Assembly (NCBI GenBank): GCA_964016885.1
Contig: OZ024740.1
Coordinates: forward strand, 103,850,001 to 103,914,000
Source: Eledone cirrhosa
Lineage: Eukaryota
DNA length: 64,000 nucleotides
Direction: 5' to 3'
This document shows positions 1-13,254 of this stretch, in pieces (positions within the stretch are counted from its first letter, which is position 1; every line of letters starts with the position of its first letter). The notes under the pieces were generated by a model. It was not told the DNA's origin. It did not search any database and worked only from the letters and a program-made list of their open reading frames with translations. A program made the position numbers and the translations under genes.

Positions 1-835
1 TTAGGCACAAACCAGCAATTTTTTTGTGTGTGAGTGTGTGTGTGTGTGTGTGGGGGGGGGGTAGTAGTAGTAGCAGATTAAATCAACTCCAGTACAAGAC
101 TGCGGTACTTTATTCTATCAACACTAGAAGATGAAAGTGAAAATTTGACCAAAGTGGGAATTTAGAATGTAAAGAGCTTGAACATTACTTGTAAGGCAAT
201 TGGTCCAATGTTCACCCGATTTTGCTAAAAACAAATCAAAATTTCCCCAGTCATTGTAACATGAACATATCCATTTACAAACCTGCCTTTAATTAGTAAG
301 GAATACTCTGGACTATTATAGGTGTAATATGTATCTGTTCAATGAGGTAGACAACTGTTGAATGTGGTACATAGCTGTCAGACATTGTATATAACTGTTA
401 GATATAGTTTATATCTGGTATGCATACAACAGATTTGATATATGTCTTCTTCATTTGCTCCCTTCCAAACCCCCTTTTGGGTCTTGGGATATGCAATCTT
501 TGTGCATCCATCCCACACCTCCCAGGACATGTCGCAAGCCCCTCACAAGTTTTTACAGTACGAGAGAGAGACTGCAATATATTTTTCAAACAGGGCTCTC
601 TACCTAAAGCTTGAACATGCTCCTTGTTAACCTGTGCAATGGACAATGCTGTATGACTGCCTTTATTATGTCTAGCTGAATTGCAGTTTTGGTGGCCTTC
701 TTCACCAATCTGATACTTTTCTCAGAATGACAAAGACTAGGATTTTTTTAGAGGCGACCTTTACTCATTTCGACTATCGGCTGGATATGTATCTGTCACT
801 TGAAAAAACTACTTTTTAAAATTATAATTTGTACC

Positions 836-880
<45 letters not shown>

Positions 881-883
<3 letters not shown>

Positions 884-1183
884 TCATTTCATTTTACGTC
901 CGCTTTTTCCCTGCTTGCAAGGGTGGGACGGTAACTGATTCTGGCTTGATTTCTACAGCTGGATGCCCTTCCTAACACCAACCTCATTTACAGTGAGTGC
1001 TGGGTGCTTTTTTGCCGTGGCACCTCCACGACCACTTCATCTCATTTCTACAGCTGAGTAAACTGGAGCAATGTGAAATAAAGTGTCTTGCTCAAGGAAA
1101 CAACGCATCACCCGATCTGAGAATTGAACTCACAACCTTTCGATTGCAAGGCCAATGCTCTAACCACTAAGCCATGTGCCTCC
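881..1183 (-). mobile_element. tRNA-derived SINE (family 1), internally deleted copy
   Basis: Reverse complement of 1198-1544: tRNA-like head, CCTTGAGCAAG central block, (ATG)n tail. Confidence 0.85.
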
Positions 1184-1197
1184 ATATATATATATAT

Positions 1198-1544
1198 GGA
1201 GGCACATGGCTTAGTGGTTAGAGCATTGGCCTTGCAATCGAAAGGTTGTGAGTTCAATTCTCAGACTGGGTGATGTGTTGTTTCCTTGAGCAAGACACTT
1301 TATTTCACATTGCTCCAGTTTACTCAGCTGTAGAAATGAGATGATAGGGACTGCGGTCCTTATCATTCCACTGCAAAGTGGTCGTGGAGGTGCCACGGCA
1401 AAAAAGCACCCAGCACTCACTGTAAATGAGGTTGGTGTTAGGAAGGGCATCCAGCTGTAGAAATCAAGCCAGAATCAGTTCCCGTCCCACCCTTGCAAGC
1501 AGGGAAAAGCGGACGTAAAATGATGATGATGATGATGATGATGA
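1198..1544 (+). mobile_element. tRNA-derived SINE (family 1), full length
   Basis: A box TGGCTTAGTGG, B box GAGTTCAATTC, CORE-like TCCTTGAGCAAGACACTT block, 3' tail shared with RTE copies, ends in (ATG)n. Confidence 0.85.
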
Positions 1545-1951
1545 TATATATATATAATCATCATTTCACATCCATTTTTCACTCTAGCATGGCTAGGACA
1601 TGCTGACCCTTTTGGAGAGAATCAGGTCAGAGGACCGTATTTCACTCAACCGGGGCTGATTTTGGCTTGGTTTCTACAGATGGATCCCTTCCTATTGCCA
1701 ACCACATTTACAGTGTGTGCTGGGTCCTTTTCGTCATGTCACCTACATGACCACTTCACAGCATGGACTGGGCACTTTTTGTCGGGACTTCTACACGACC
1801 ACATTACAGTGTGGACTGGGCACTTTTGTCTTGACATATGACCCCTATACAGTGAGGGCTGGGCACTTTTGTCATAGCTCCATTGGGGGGGGGGGGGGGC
1901 TTCAGGGTGTGGGATGGGAACTAACGCATATATATATGCTGCTAATAAATG

Positions 1952-1985
<34 letters not shown>

Positions 1986-2604
1986 TTTATTAGCAGCACA
2001 GCCCTCCCTGGATTTTGGTCTTCATATCTATTATTACTTCTACTACTATATATATAGTGTAGATTATATTTTTGTTGTAACTATTTAGCCATAGCTTAGT
2101 CCTAATCCACAAAACCTATCAACAAAGGCATTCTAGTCATGACTACCTGATCTTTTTTTCAGATATAGTCTATTTCATTTTACGTCTGCTTTTCCCTGCT
2201 TGCAAGGGTTAGAACTAAATTATCTAATGTTTTCTTTCTTCTTTAAGATAGTATGTTATGATTGCAGAGGTATTTGGCTGCTATTTCGAGCAGGTTGAAC
2301 AACAAGTTTCTTCATTGGCTTGTAGAATATTACATCTTTGTATATAGTACAGAATTTTATGCTTATATGTAATGCAGAAACAAATGAAATTGCATAGAAG
2401 TAACACAATCTGAATATATATACTCATGGTTTAAATCAGAAAACAGTAAACCATTGTACTATAAAATAAATTAGTATAATGTAATCTACAACATGACATC
2501 AAACATTAGAAAAGGAAAATATTTATTGAAGCTGTATGTACTGAAAACCATTAGACACTAACCATGTATAGTGAAACAAAATGGACTGAACTTTCAAAAT
2601 GTTC

Positions 2605-2825
2605 TACACAATAATTGTTTCCACTTTTGGCACAAGGCCAGCAACTTGAAGAGGTGGAGAAAGTTGGTTAAATCCACCCCAGTGCATTACGTACTTTATT
2701 TTATTGACTCTGCAAGGAAGAAAGGCAAAGCTAACCTTGATGGGACTTGAACTCAGAATATAAAGGGCTGTAACTATTTGCTGCAAAATATTGTCCTATG
2801 CTCTAAAAATACTACCATGCCACCC
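2605..2825 (-). mobile_element. tRNA-derived SINE (family 2), degenerate
   Basis: Reverse complement of CTGAGTTCAA...TTTGCCTTTC...ATAAAATAAAGTAC...GCTGGCCTTGTGCCAAAA. Related copies at 1-220, 6257-6420, 7430-7590, 33428-33610 and 33722-33862. Confidence 0.65.
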
Positions 2826-3579
2826 TTGTTCTACACAACAATGCTGCATATTTAATGACTGTATTTTCTATGTAGTGTAAAAAATATACAACAGAAATAG
2901 TATAAAAATGCATATGCGTAATACAACCAGAATATATTCGTACTGGCATCTACATAAACCAAAACCCTATTAACTCTCAACAGTCATTAAAAACTGTACT
3001 AATTAGCATATTTTGAAATAAGTAGATCCCTGTGTGATAATGTAGAAAGGGCTAAAACTCAACTACTACTATAACACAATTACTACTAAAGGAAATAAAA
3101 CAATTTACCTTATGTAAAGTCTCTAGGGTTAGAGTGACGCTTTATAGACTGCAAAATGTTTTCAATGAACAAGGTGAGTGTTGGCAACAGAAAGCCAGTG
3201 ATGTTATCACAATGTGACACAAAGTTCAAGTGAATTTTGTTGATAAACCAATGCTGATAACTGATTCTAGCAATGAATTTATAGTTTAACTGTTTCATAA
3301 TAATCTTGTCTATAACATCAACTTTAGCAGGATCTACTTTTTTCCTACCAGGTTATTGTTAAAATTTATGTGAAATTCCTCCACAGTTCAGTAAAATATC
3401 TATGTCATGGAGGAGATGTCATCATCAACATCATTTTTACATCCACTTTTCCAAACTTGCATGGGTTGGGCAGGTCCTTCTCAGTACGACATCTCTCCAC
3501 TTATCGTATTCGCCCATCATCTCCACTGTTAGTTTCAGCAATTTGCGGTCAGCTCTCATAACCTCTACTCAGGACTTTT

Positions 3580-5620
3580 TTAGTCTACCTCTACCATGGT
3601 TTCTTTCCACTGGCATTTCTTGGCACTTCTTCATCCAACAATCATTGTCCATGTGCATCAAATTTCCAAACCAATGCAGTCTTCTCTCCTGCACACCACT
3701 TCAGATTCCTTTTAAACTCAGCTTCTCCCTCAACTCGTCCAAGTTCTGCCTTTCTCTTATATTTTCATTGCACATCCAATGGAGCATGGATTTCATTTCT
3801 CTTCAGTCTACGCATGTCTTCTGCAGCCACAACCCATGATTCACTATCATGCAGCATCACACTTCGCACACAGGCATTATTCAGTTGTCTTTTTATATAT
3901 TGGGAGAAACCTTTTGTTGTCAACAGTGGGAGTAGGTCCCTGAACCTTTTCCATCCTATCATTATTCTAGCTGTTATGCTCTCCGAGCACCTTTCTCTAT
4001 TGCTAACTATGTCGCTGAGATAGCAGAAGCTATCAACCACTTCTATGGGTCCTTCCTGTGATTTGAATATGTTTACATCACTGGCTATCCTCCCCCCAGT
4101 TACCCCTGTACATCTTCTACAAACAAAGTCCCTTCCTGTTAGTCTACTCGTAATCACACTACATCTTTTGTGTACTCATGATTTACATTGTGTACATCGT
4201 ATGGAGTTTATACCTACTCCTTTTCTACATATTGAGCAGGGCCATTTTCCTGAAGGAATCAAGGTCCTAATTTCTCTCCTAGTCACTAGCACTTTAGTTT
4301 TGGCTAAGTTTACTTTCAGGCCTTTTGATTCTAAATTCTGTTTCCATAGTTGGAACTTATTTTCTAGATCTTTAATGGATTCGGCTATAAGGACCAGATC
4401 ATCTGCATAGAGAAGTTCTTATAGGCAGCCAGTCTTAAACTCCATGGTTATAGCCTGGAAAAAACCCAGCGTCCACATACTCCCTCCACAACACTAATAT
4501 CAAGAAGTCTTCTTGTGAACGATACCTGGACATTACTGTCAGCAGCGATTTGCATTGGATGAAGCACATCTCTAAAATTGTCAAGAAGGCCGAGGGTGTC
4601 TTAGCATCACTCAGCAAGACCTTTGTCAACCGCTCTCCAGCTATCTATTTAAAGCTGTATATAGCTATGGTGCGGCCACACTTAGAATTTGTATCACCAG
4701 TCTGGAACCCCTATCTTGCTCAGAACATTGACCGCCTGGAAACTGTTCAGCGATGTGCAACCAAGCGAATACCCTCTATCAGGCATCTACCGTACTCTGA
4801 ACGCCTTGCTTCCCTGGGCATGGATACATTGAAGCTCCGACGTCTGGCAACTGACTTGGTAAACATCCACAAAATTATTAACCATCTTGCCAACAACAAC
4901 CCTGAGTACCTTTTTGATTTCCATGTGTCTAACACACGTGAGCATGCCACAAAGTCAGAAAACAACACAGCTCCCATGACTTTCGGAAACATTTTTTCAT
5001 GCTCTGAGTTGCTGAAGCATGGAACAAACTACCTGCATCAGTTATTAGCTGTCGAGACACTGCATCCTTTAAAACCTCCATGCTTCCTGAGATTCGCCAA
5101 CACTACACCTAATATTCCCCCTCCATACACACGCACACATGTATATCATGACTCATACACTATTCACTTCTCATTTGTATATGATTCTAAGTACTATACA
5201 TGCACCTTTGATGAGTTGTAGTGCACCTGAGCACTGTACACAATAATTTCATTATTATTAAAACTATAATGAATAATAGTGGAATAAGAACCGAACCTTG
5301 ATGAACTCCTACTTGTACCTTGAATTCCTCACTAAATTCATTTCCTACTCTCACTTTGTTGACAGCTCCTTTGTACATGACTTGCACTGCTCTCATCAAC
5401 CATTCTTCTACACCAGATAATAGATCAGGGTACTCTGTCAAATACTTTTTCTAGAAAGCTAGGTATAGTGGCTTAACTTTGGCTAAAAACTACTCTTGTA
5501 GTTGCTTCACTACAAAGGGAGCATTTGTAGTACTTTTCCCAGGCATGGAACCAAACTGTATCTCGTCTAATTGGATTCTTTCTCTAATTAGTTGTGCTAT
5601 AAATCTTTCTATTACTTTCA
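3580..5620 (-). mobile_element. Degenerate RTE-clade LINE RT fragment, split by a CR1 insertion
   Basis: GVHQGSVLIPLLFIIVL (5187-5441 ORF) joins QAITMEFKTG...LLYADDL below 4458. It continues through a Cys-rich insert and VDSFCYL...ARIMIGWKRFRDL...MLHDSESW. Confidence 0.85.
4459..5259 (+). mobile_element. 5'-truncated CR1-group LINE
   Basis: LYIAMVRPHLEFVSPVWNPY...LETVQRCATKRIP...LPYSERL...LRRL CR1-type ORF2 C-terminus; (ATT)n tail; close copy at 27112-28037. Confidence 0.9.
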
Positions 5621-8267
5621 TCATAGGAGGAGATAACACAAGACTAACAAATAATTACTAGATAAAGTATTAGGATTAGTGTTTAGGTCCCAGTTTTAGG
5701 TTGAGTGTGCATGTTAAGGGTGAGGGTTGAGATGATTATGCATATATATAAAACCAAACACCAATGTATATACATCATATCATTTATTGCTCTTGCTCGA
5801 TGGTGCTGGGGTCAGCCTGGTCAGCGACCCCAGGAGTGTCATCATGCATAGAGCCAACCAGTTCCAACAATGACGGAGAGCACTGGTGGTCCTGTGCCAT
5901 CCCCTCTGCCTCCTTCAAGGTGATGTTGGATTCCTCTTAACCCTTTAGCATTTAAACCGGATAGAATTCTCTCATCTCTTTCTGTTCAAATTGGCTGTAA
6001 CTGGCCGCTCATACCAATATTATGGTATTGTTTTCAAAATAAATATCAAAATGTCATAGATCCAATATTACGTGAGATGATTATGTGAGATACAGCCTTT
6101 ACCGTGAAAATACAATAGTAAATATAGAGTAATGAAAATGCTAAAGAGTAAACCCAGTTTTTCCCCTCAGTTCATCCAAGCTCTGCCTTTCTCTCACATT
6201 TACATTGCACATCCAATGAATCATGGTTGCTTCATTTCCCTCCATATATATTTATATGGCGGCGAATTGGCAGAGTCGTTAAGACATTGGCTAGAATGCT
6301 TTATGGTATTCGTCCCACCTCATTGCGAGCTCTGAGTTCAAATCCTGCCATGGTCAACTTTGCATTTCATCCTTTCGAGGTCGATGAAAAAGTACCAGTC
6401 CAGTACTGGGGTCGATTCTTCCTCTATAGAAAAAATCATCTGTGCTCAGACCTGGAGTGGGTTGGGCTCTGCCAGGTTTAAAAGTGTCCTAGACATGCCA
6501 TATGACGATGCCTCTATTGCTCCACAAGGAGTTATGGGATCTTTATTCATTTATTATATATATATATATATGATGATGATGGCTGCAACTCTATTTCGAG
6601 TAATGCCATCACTTGATACTTAAGCATGAGCATCATAGACTTGGCTTTTTAGTCTTGCTAGGGACTTGTCTATGGCCAGCAATACCATGGATCACAAAAA
6701 ATGTCACATATTAAGCGATGCCTGTATATAAAGGTTTTGCGCAGGGCCAATCCCACTCTCTGAACATCGACTGCATTCACCCCAAAAGAAGAACTGGTCT
6801 ACATCATTGGATGCAAATGAAGTCACAGGTTTTATATAGGTGACCTTCTCCTAGAGAGATGTCTTAATGAAGACTAGGAGTCTCTCGCTCCATGAAAAAA
6901 AAAAATTTATTGGATGGCCGTTGACTTTCCTGAGTTCCTCTGCTCTTTGATGGGTTTTGTTTTTCATCCCACAGGGTGTCCAAAATCACCCTCCTCACCA
7001 AGCAAGCTTGGTTGGGTTTCTAGTTTAGTTGTCGATGACCCGACCATGAATATACATATATTTAGTTTTGGCTGGCTAAGTTTACTTTCAGGCCTTTTGA
7101 TTCTAAATAACGGTAAAAAAGCACCCAGTACTCACTGTAAATGAGGTTGGTGTTAGGAAGGGCATCCAGCTGTAGAAATCAAGCCAAAATCTGTTCCCGT
7201 ATGAGCAAGACATGGTCACCTGACCTGGCATTGTGAAGTTTGTGAAGATGCTTTCAGCCTCTACTTTTTTTCCTCCACCATCATAAATCTACTTTCTCCA
7301 TATTGCATAATTTGCTGCCAATCCACAACAATTATCAGTTCCTATTTTTCTGAGGTCAGACTTCAAATAAGTATATGTGTTAATACCATACAATCAGCTT
7401 GTATGATATTAGCACATATACTCGTATGTAGAGGTGTTGAATTGGCAAAGTTGTTAGAATATTGAATAGAATTCTTTGCAGTATTTGTTCCAGTTCTCTG
7501 CTGAGTTCAAATCCTGCAGCAGTTAACTTTGCCTTTCATTTTTACGAGGTGGATAAAAAAAGTACCAGTCTAATACTGGGATTGATTTTTCCTGTATATC
7601 TCATTCTCATTTCCTTTTTCTCAATCTCTATGCTTCTCTAGAAGAAATTTGCTCTGTTCAGACCTGAAGATGAGATGGGCTCCACCAGGTTTAAAAATGT
7701 CCGAGAAATGCCATATGTCAATATGGTGCCTCTATGGCTCCATCAGGTATATATGGACCGACCAACATTATAGTGATATAAATGAAATGACTTATGAGGT
7801 ACTGTATAAAACCAGTAGAAAGACATTGACACATAAACTGTATGAGGCTATAGAGACAGATTTGAACAGACTTTCACCATCATAACAGCACATGAGTAAC
7901 TCTTAATGTCTTGTACAGCATCAGCGCCATTAGTAAGCCATTCTTGAAAAGTTAAAAACAGCACTAGGATATCACATTATAATCACATTCTTGAAAAATA
8001 CATAACAGCCCTATGTATCACATTAAGAATAATAATCTTTATTCTAACACTGCAAATTTTCACAACAATTTGTCCATGAGTAAAGCTACTACAAACAATT
8101 GAATTAACAAACCCTCATTTAGATATTTTCTGCTAAATCCCTTCAGGATGTTAAAAGTAATGTATGAAAATAATGGCATAAGGCTGCTACATACAAATAT
8201 ACACATGCATATGGACATACTGACTTTATACTTTGATAGAATCAAAAGAAAATGGCTGAATAGTTAC

Positions 8268-8351
8268 TTTTAGTTTTCTCCTTGCGTTGAATTTCTTCAA
8301 ACAGTCTACAGTTTCTTGTCGGTGTACAGCAGAAGCAACACGTTCTCGTTG
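8268..8351 (-). CDS. CaMKII: CaMKII coding exon: regulatory segment (autoinhibitory region, T286-equivalent, start of calmodulin-binding region)
   Basis: 84 nt, tttttttacag|CAA...AAA|gtaact; translates [28 protein letters not shown]; phase 0/0; Thr codon at 8310-8312. Confidence 0.97.
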
Positions 8352-9457
8352 CTGTAAAAAAATAAAAATAAAAGAGTTTACACCAAAATATCATAAGCAG
8401 TTAGAACCAAGAAAACTGAATAATGAAAAAAACAAACAACTTTAAAGCACAAAAAATAAAAAGGTATTTTCTAAATTTATTGTTTATATGGTTGACTTAG
8501 ACCAGAATCTTCTAGGTGATGTAACTTTATTTTGTTTGGGATATGGTGGGTGATAATTTCATTACTGGAATCCCTTTCTTTTTCAATAGATGCATTGGAA
8601 CCCAGCCCAACAACATAGCAAGGTGAAATATTGATATTAGATAGATAATGCTTTTACTGCTTATTGCAAGAAGCTTTACAATCCTATGGTATCTATTTAT
8701 AATTAGGTAGATTGTACCTCAGCATGATATCTTTAAGTGGTGTTTTTTTTCTTTTTTACCATACTTATAGCTAGATCACTGTGTATCATCATCATCTAAC
8801 ATCTATTCTCTCAGCTAGCAATGGTTGGACAGTGTATCTGGTTTAGAATAGGTTGAGTAAATCAGTGTATGTTGTACAAGGTAACTTATAGGGTTGGTGC
8901 AAAGAAGGGCAACTCTAAAACATTTTCTTAAGAAGGACCCCATGATGAGTATGAAGCTTGTCATGGAGTCTGCATGGCTGACACCTGCTTCAACAAGGAA
9001 AGTGGTCTTAAAACACTTGCATTTATAGCTTTATGGAGTGTATACCACAATGACACCTATTTACAGTTAGGTTAACTCAATCAACAGAAGTCACCAATAA
9101 AAGGATATAAACATGTTGACTCTTTAGTATATAAGCAGCATAATAATTTGCCCAAGTGGAACAAACGTGCAAAAAGAAATGCTGTATTATATCCCTATTA
9201 AATCCTATATTGACAATAACAAAATGCAGTCATATAAATCATATGAAGGCATGTAGCCTAATAGTCAGGGTGTTCAACTAATGATCATAGAATCGTTTGT
9301 TTCATACACAGACTGGGTGGTACACTGTGTCCTTCTGTAAGATACTTCAGCTGATGCCACTGCCTCAGGGCATGGGACAGATTTGAAAAATTTATTTTAT
9401 CTTACATAAAATTCAGAGAAACAGGCTACTGAATTAGCAGAAATAAATTACTACAAG

Positions 9458-9536
<79 letters not shown>

Positions 9537-9539
<3 letters not shown>

Positions 9540-9735
9540 AATGACTTCTACAGGACTAGAACTGTTTCATTCATATGGATTCATCAGGACATTCCTGATG
9601 ATTTTATATGAATGAAACAGTTCTAGTCATGTAGAAGTCATTTCTACATATAATAAAGATGCCTATACTCAACCAATGTATTGAGTACCTTTTTTAGCTG
9701 TGGTTATCCTTGGACAACTCGGGAATCTACATATT
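9537..9735 (+). mobile_element. Small fold-back element with back-to-back hammerhead-like motifs (PLE-type terminal fragment)
   Basis: Inverted repeat 9537-9589/9593-9645. Each arm reads CTGATGA-stemII-GAAACAG..TGTA-GAAG. Related element at 35598-35792. Confidence 0.7.
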
Positions 9736-9863
9736 ATATATATGTATATATATATATATATCATCATCGTTTAACGTCTATCTTCCACGCTAGCATGGGT
9801 TAGACAGGAATTGCCCCACTTGAGGCAAGATTAGTCGGGTGACCGTGTCTCTCTCATATATAT

Positions 9864-9902
<39 letters not shown>

Positions 9903-12171
9903 CAATCGTGAAACATGTGTCACACCTGAATAAACTTGATATTAATGGATGAGGCGTCAAACTTTTATTAATATATATATATGTATATATACCCTACACA
10001 GTCTGAGTATCTGGTCAAAATACATACACTGTATCACTGCTTATTAAGTGACTAAAAGGAATGGTGTCAGGAAGGGAATCTGACTGTAAAACATTGCTTC
10101 AAAAAGTTCTATCCAACTCAATGCCAGCATGGATATGTTGATGTAAAAATGATGATGATATGAAGAAACATGACAACTAAAAAAGCATTGGGAAAATTTG
10201 AACATCACAATGCAAATGACTGTAATATAAATCAATATAGTTGAGTAAATCAGATAAAGTATCCCTGGAGATGGAAAGAAGTTTCTCAACTACTAATTAA
10301 AGTGATCGACTATTATTATGGCCATTTACAGTTACACAAGTTGTATGTAAAAGTAGTATTAATCCTGTGAAAATGTCATGATTCAATTAGAAACAACCAC
10401 CAAATGTTTTATTTATAAATTATATATATACACACACAAATAATATATATAGTACTTCATCCCATATATAAAACATAATGAAATGTTTACAACAAAGTAA
10501 ATTGAATTAATTTAACAAATGGCTGAAATGATGAAAATGGAACACTTTACTCATAATTTGAGAATAAACAATATTTCTAGTAAAATAATTCTCTTTTAAC
10601 TCCTCTCTCTCTCTCACACATACATGTACTTGTCATCCTCTTTCCATAAACATGTGAGATTAAAAAAAAAATGGCATCATTGCCAACACCACCACTCTTT
10701 CACACACTCTCCGTTACCATCTTACCTTTCCAGGGTGACAGACCTTTTACACCACAGATATACCAATTTTAATATAATAAATAGATAGATTGTTTTAGAA
10801 CTCCTGGTATCATTTAGGTGTTAACAGAACAGCAATAAAAATTATTTATGTTAGAGATCTATGTTAACTATTGTGAATTCAAGTATCAGAGAAATAATAT
10901 TTTGTTGGGGGTTGGTAATGGGTAGGTAAGTTATTTATTTTTTGTCTGTGCTATTTAAACATTCCACTTCATCAAATTGAAAGACAATGTCATGTGGCTG
11001 CCGAGTTAGAGACCAGAACAAAATATTGTCTTGTAGAGTGAATATGAAATACAATCTTAGCATGATATTAATTTCAGCTTGTGTTACTGAATTATGATAG
11101 ACATCTGCTATCAATCTTCTTTGAAATAACATCAACTGGTTCTTTTTCCCAAAATGGAATTTGCCAACAGGAATATTCATAAACCATACCAGGGCAAGAA
11201 ATCCACCTCCATTAAAAAAAAAAATCACATAGCCGATGCTGCTAGTTGTATAAGTGAATTATGAAAACAGTGAATATGTTTACATGAATATATCTTGGAT
11301 TGGTTTCATCCAATAACTGAGAAATTTTAGCAAAAGTTTGCTATCCAATGAAACCTCACATTACATTTCTACACTTCCTGCTGTGAGTAATTATTAGTTC
11401 ACTTATTTGTCATGTCAAATATAGCTTATATCGCTTCAAGGATTTTAAGAAACAAGGCAGGTGAGTGGAAACTTATTAAAGGAATCTAAATCCTTATTAT
11501 TTATAAGCAGGTCACGAAATATCGGAATATCATTTGATACAGAAGGCAAGCCGGAAGGGAAAATATCAATCAATATATAATGACAAAGGATGTGTTATGA
11601 AAGCAGTGTTACATCACATATGTTATTTAAATATTGGTGGTAAAGAAGTGAAAAGAACTTTCGTATAATACAACAAAGATACCATATATTACACTTCTAT
11701 ATATTTTAACTGACTATATTACTAAGTGCAGTGATGCAATATATTTGGTCATCAGAGTATTTACAGTGGTTCTTAACCTAGTGTTTTAATTAGGCTCATG
11801 AAAATATATAACTTCAGTAGAAGAATCTAACACAATCAATAGAATGAGCTGCACTTTAATATAGTACCTGTTTACTTCCAGATGAACACTATACCACATA
11901 ACAATACTTATTTATAACTATAGTTTAGTGTTGTAGCTGGCTGAATGGAGCACCAAATATAGATTATAAGCTGACAAGAGGTCAGGTACACATATGACTA
12001 GATCTGTGACACTTTAAATATGATACCATTAGATTAATAAGATACAACAGCTTTGGAGAGAGAGAGAGAGAGATCAACTATTAACAATGACTAGTTTATG
12101 AGAAACTTTTAGACACTAGATCATCATGAGATATTTTCCTTTTAACTAAAAGAATGTAGTGCAGTACTTAC

Positions 12172-12294
12172 ACAAATCCAGGGATGTTTCAGAGCCTCAG
12201 ATGCAGTGATCCTTTTGGCAGGGTTCACAGTAAGCATACTGTTGATGAGATTCTTTGCCTCTGGAGTCACAGTGTCCCATTCTGGTGAAGGATA
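12172..12294 (-). CDS. CaMKII: CaMKII coding exon: C-terminal part of kinase domain
   Basis: 123 nt, ttttatctag|TAT...TGT|gtaagt; translates [41 protein letters not shown]; joins 8268-8351 in frame. Confidence 0.97.
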
Positions 12295-13254
12295 CTAGAT
12301 AAAAGACAAAAACAAAATACATCATAGTTTTTTTTTTACTTCATTCATATACATAGACATATAAGTATACACACACTACTTATATATATATATATATATA
12401 TATACACCCTTGCAAGCAGGGAAAAGTGGACGTAGAATGATGATGATGATGATGATGATGATACACACACATATGTATAGGTGTGCAAACATGAGAATAT
12501 ACAGTGTGTATGTGGAAGAATTTATCTATTTATTGGATACTGATGATTTTTCCTATCTACTCAGAGTTTTTTGTTATGTACAGTTCCTTTAGTTGCCTGA
12601 AGGATCTGTAACACAACATGAAATTCTGAGTAGCAACAAAATAAAGTTTCAGCTTCCAAATGAATAAATAGATAAGTGCTGAATATTCTTTTAGCCTCTT
12701 GTTTGTTTGTAACAGTAGCAGAAAACAAAATCATTCCCATTATTGCTGTTAATTCACTTGAATAGAGAGCAAAGCAATTAAGGGCTGGGTGGGGGTGGGG
12801 GTGAGTCTGAATTTGATATTGGATATATGCAAAATATAACTAATGAACAGCATAAACAATGCAGAGAGAATTGAAAAGGAAGCTAAACATTTAGCTATAA
12901 AATCATTATCATCATAATTTAACAATCATTCTGGGATGTTAAATAATTATATATATGTGTGTGTGGTGTGTGTATGTATATATATATAAGCACAAAGTTG
13001 AAAAGACTAAAATCCAGAGTGAACTTGATAAAAGTTATATATATATATTTCGTTTTTGTATTTGTTTTGCAAGTTTTTTTACACAAAATAATAATAAAAG
13101 TAGTCACTGAGGAGGTCACAGAATGTGTGATGAAAAAGCTTTGACAATCAACAAATAAACAACTATCCGGTTATTAAACAAACCAACTCTGGGAAATTAT
13201 AATAATAAATTGAAGTGAAATCCAACAGGTATGTGTGTCTTTTATTGTTAGCAT

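Noticed and set aside
398-646. 82 aa minus-strand ORF
   Set aside because: No CaMKII similarity or clear splice sites; possibly a very old LINE remnant, not supportable.
1198-1275. tRNA-like sequence with A and B boxes
   Set aside because: SINE head: no proper acceptor stem, and it is always followed by the SINE body.
3127-3173. Plus-strand exon-like segment ending AAG|GTGAGT (VRVTLYRLQNVFNEQ)
   Set aside because: Weak acceptor, antisense to the host gene, no partner exons or recognisable homology.
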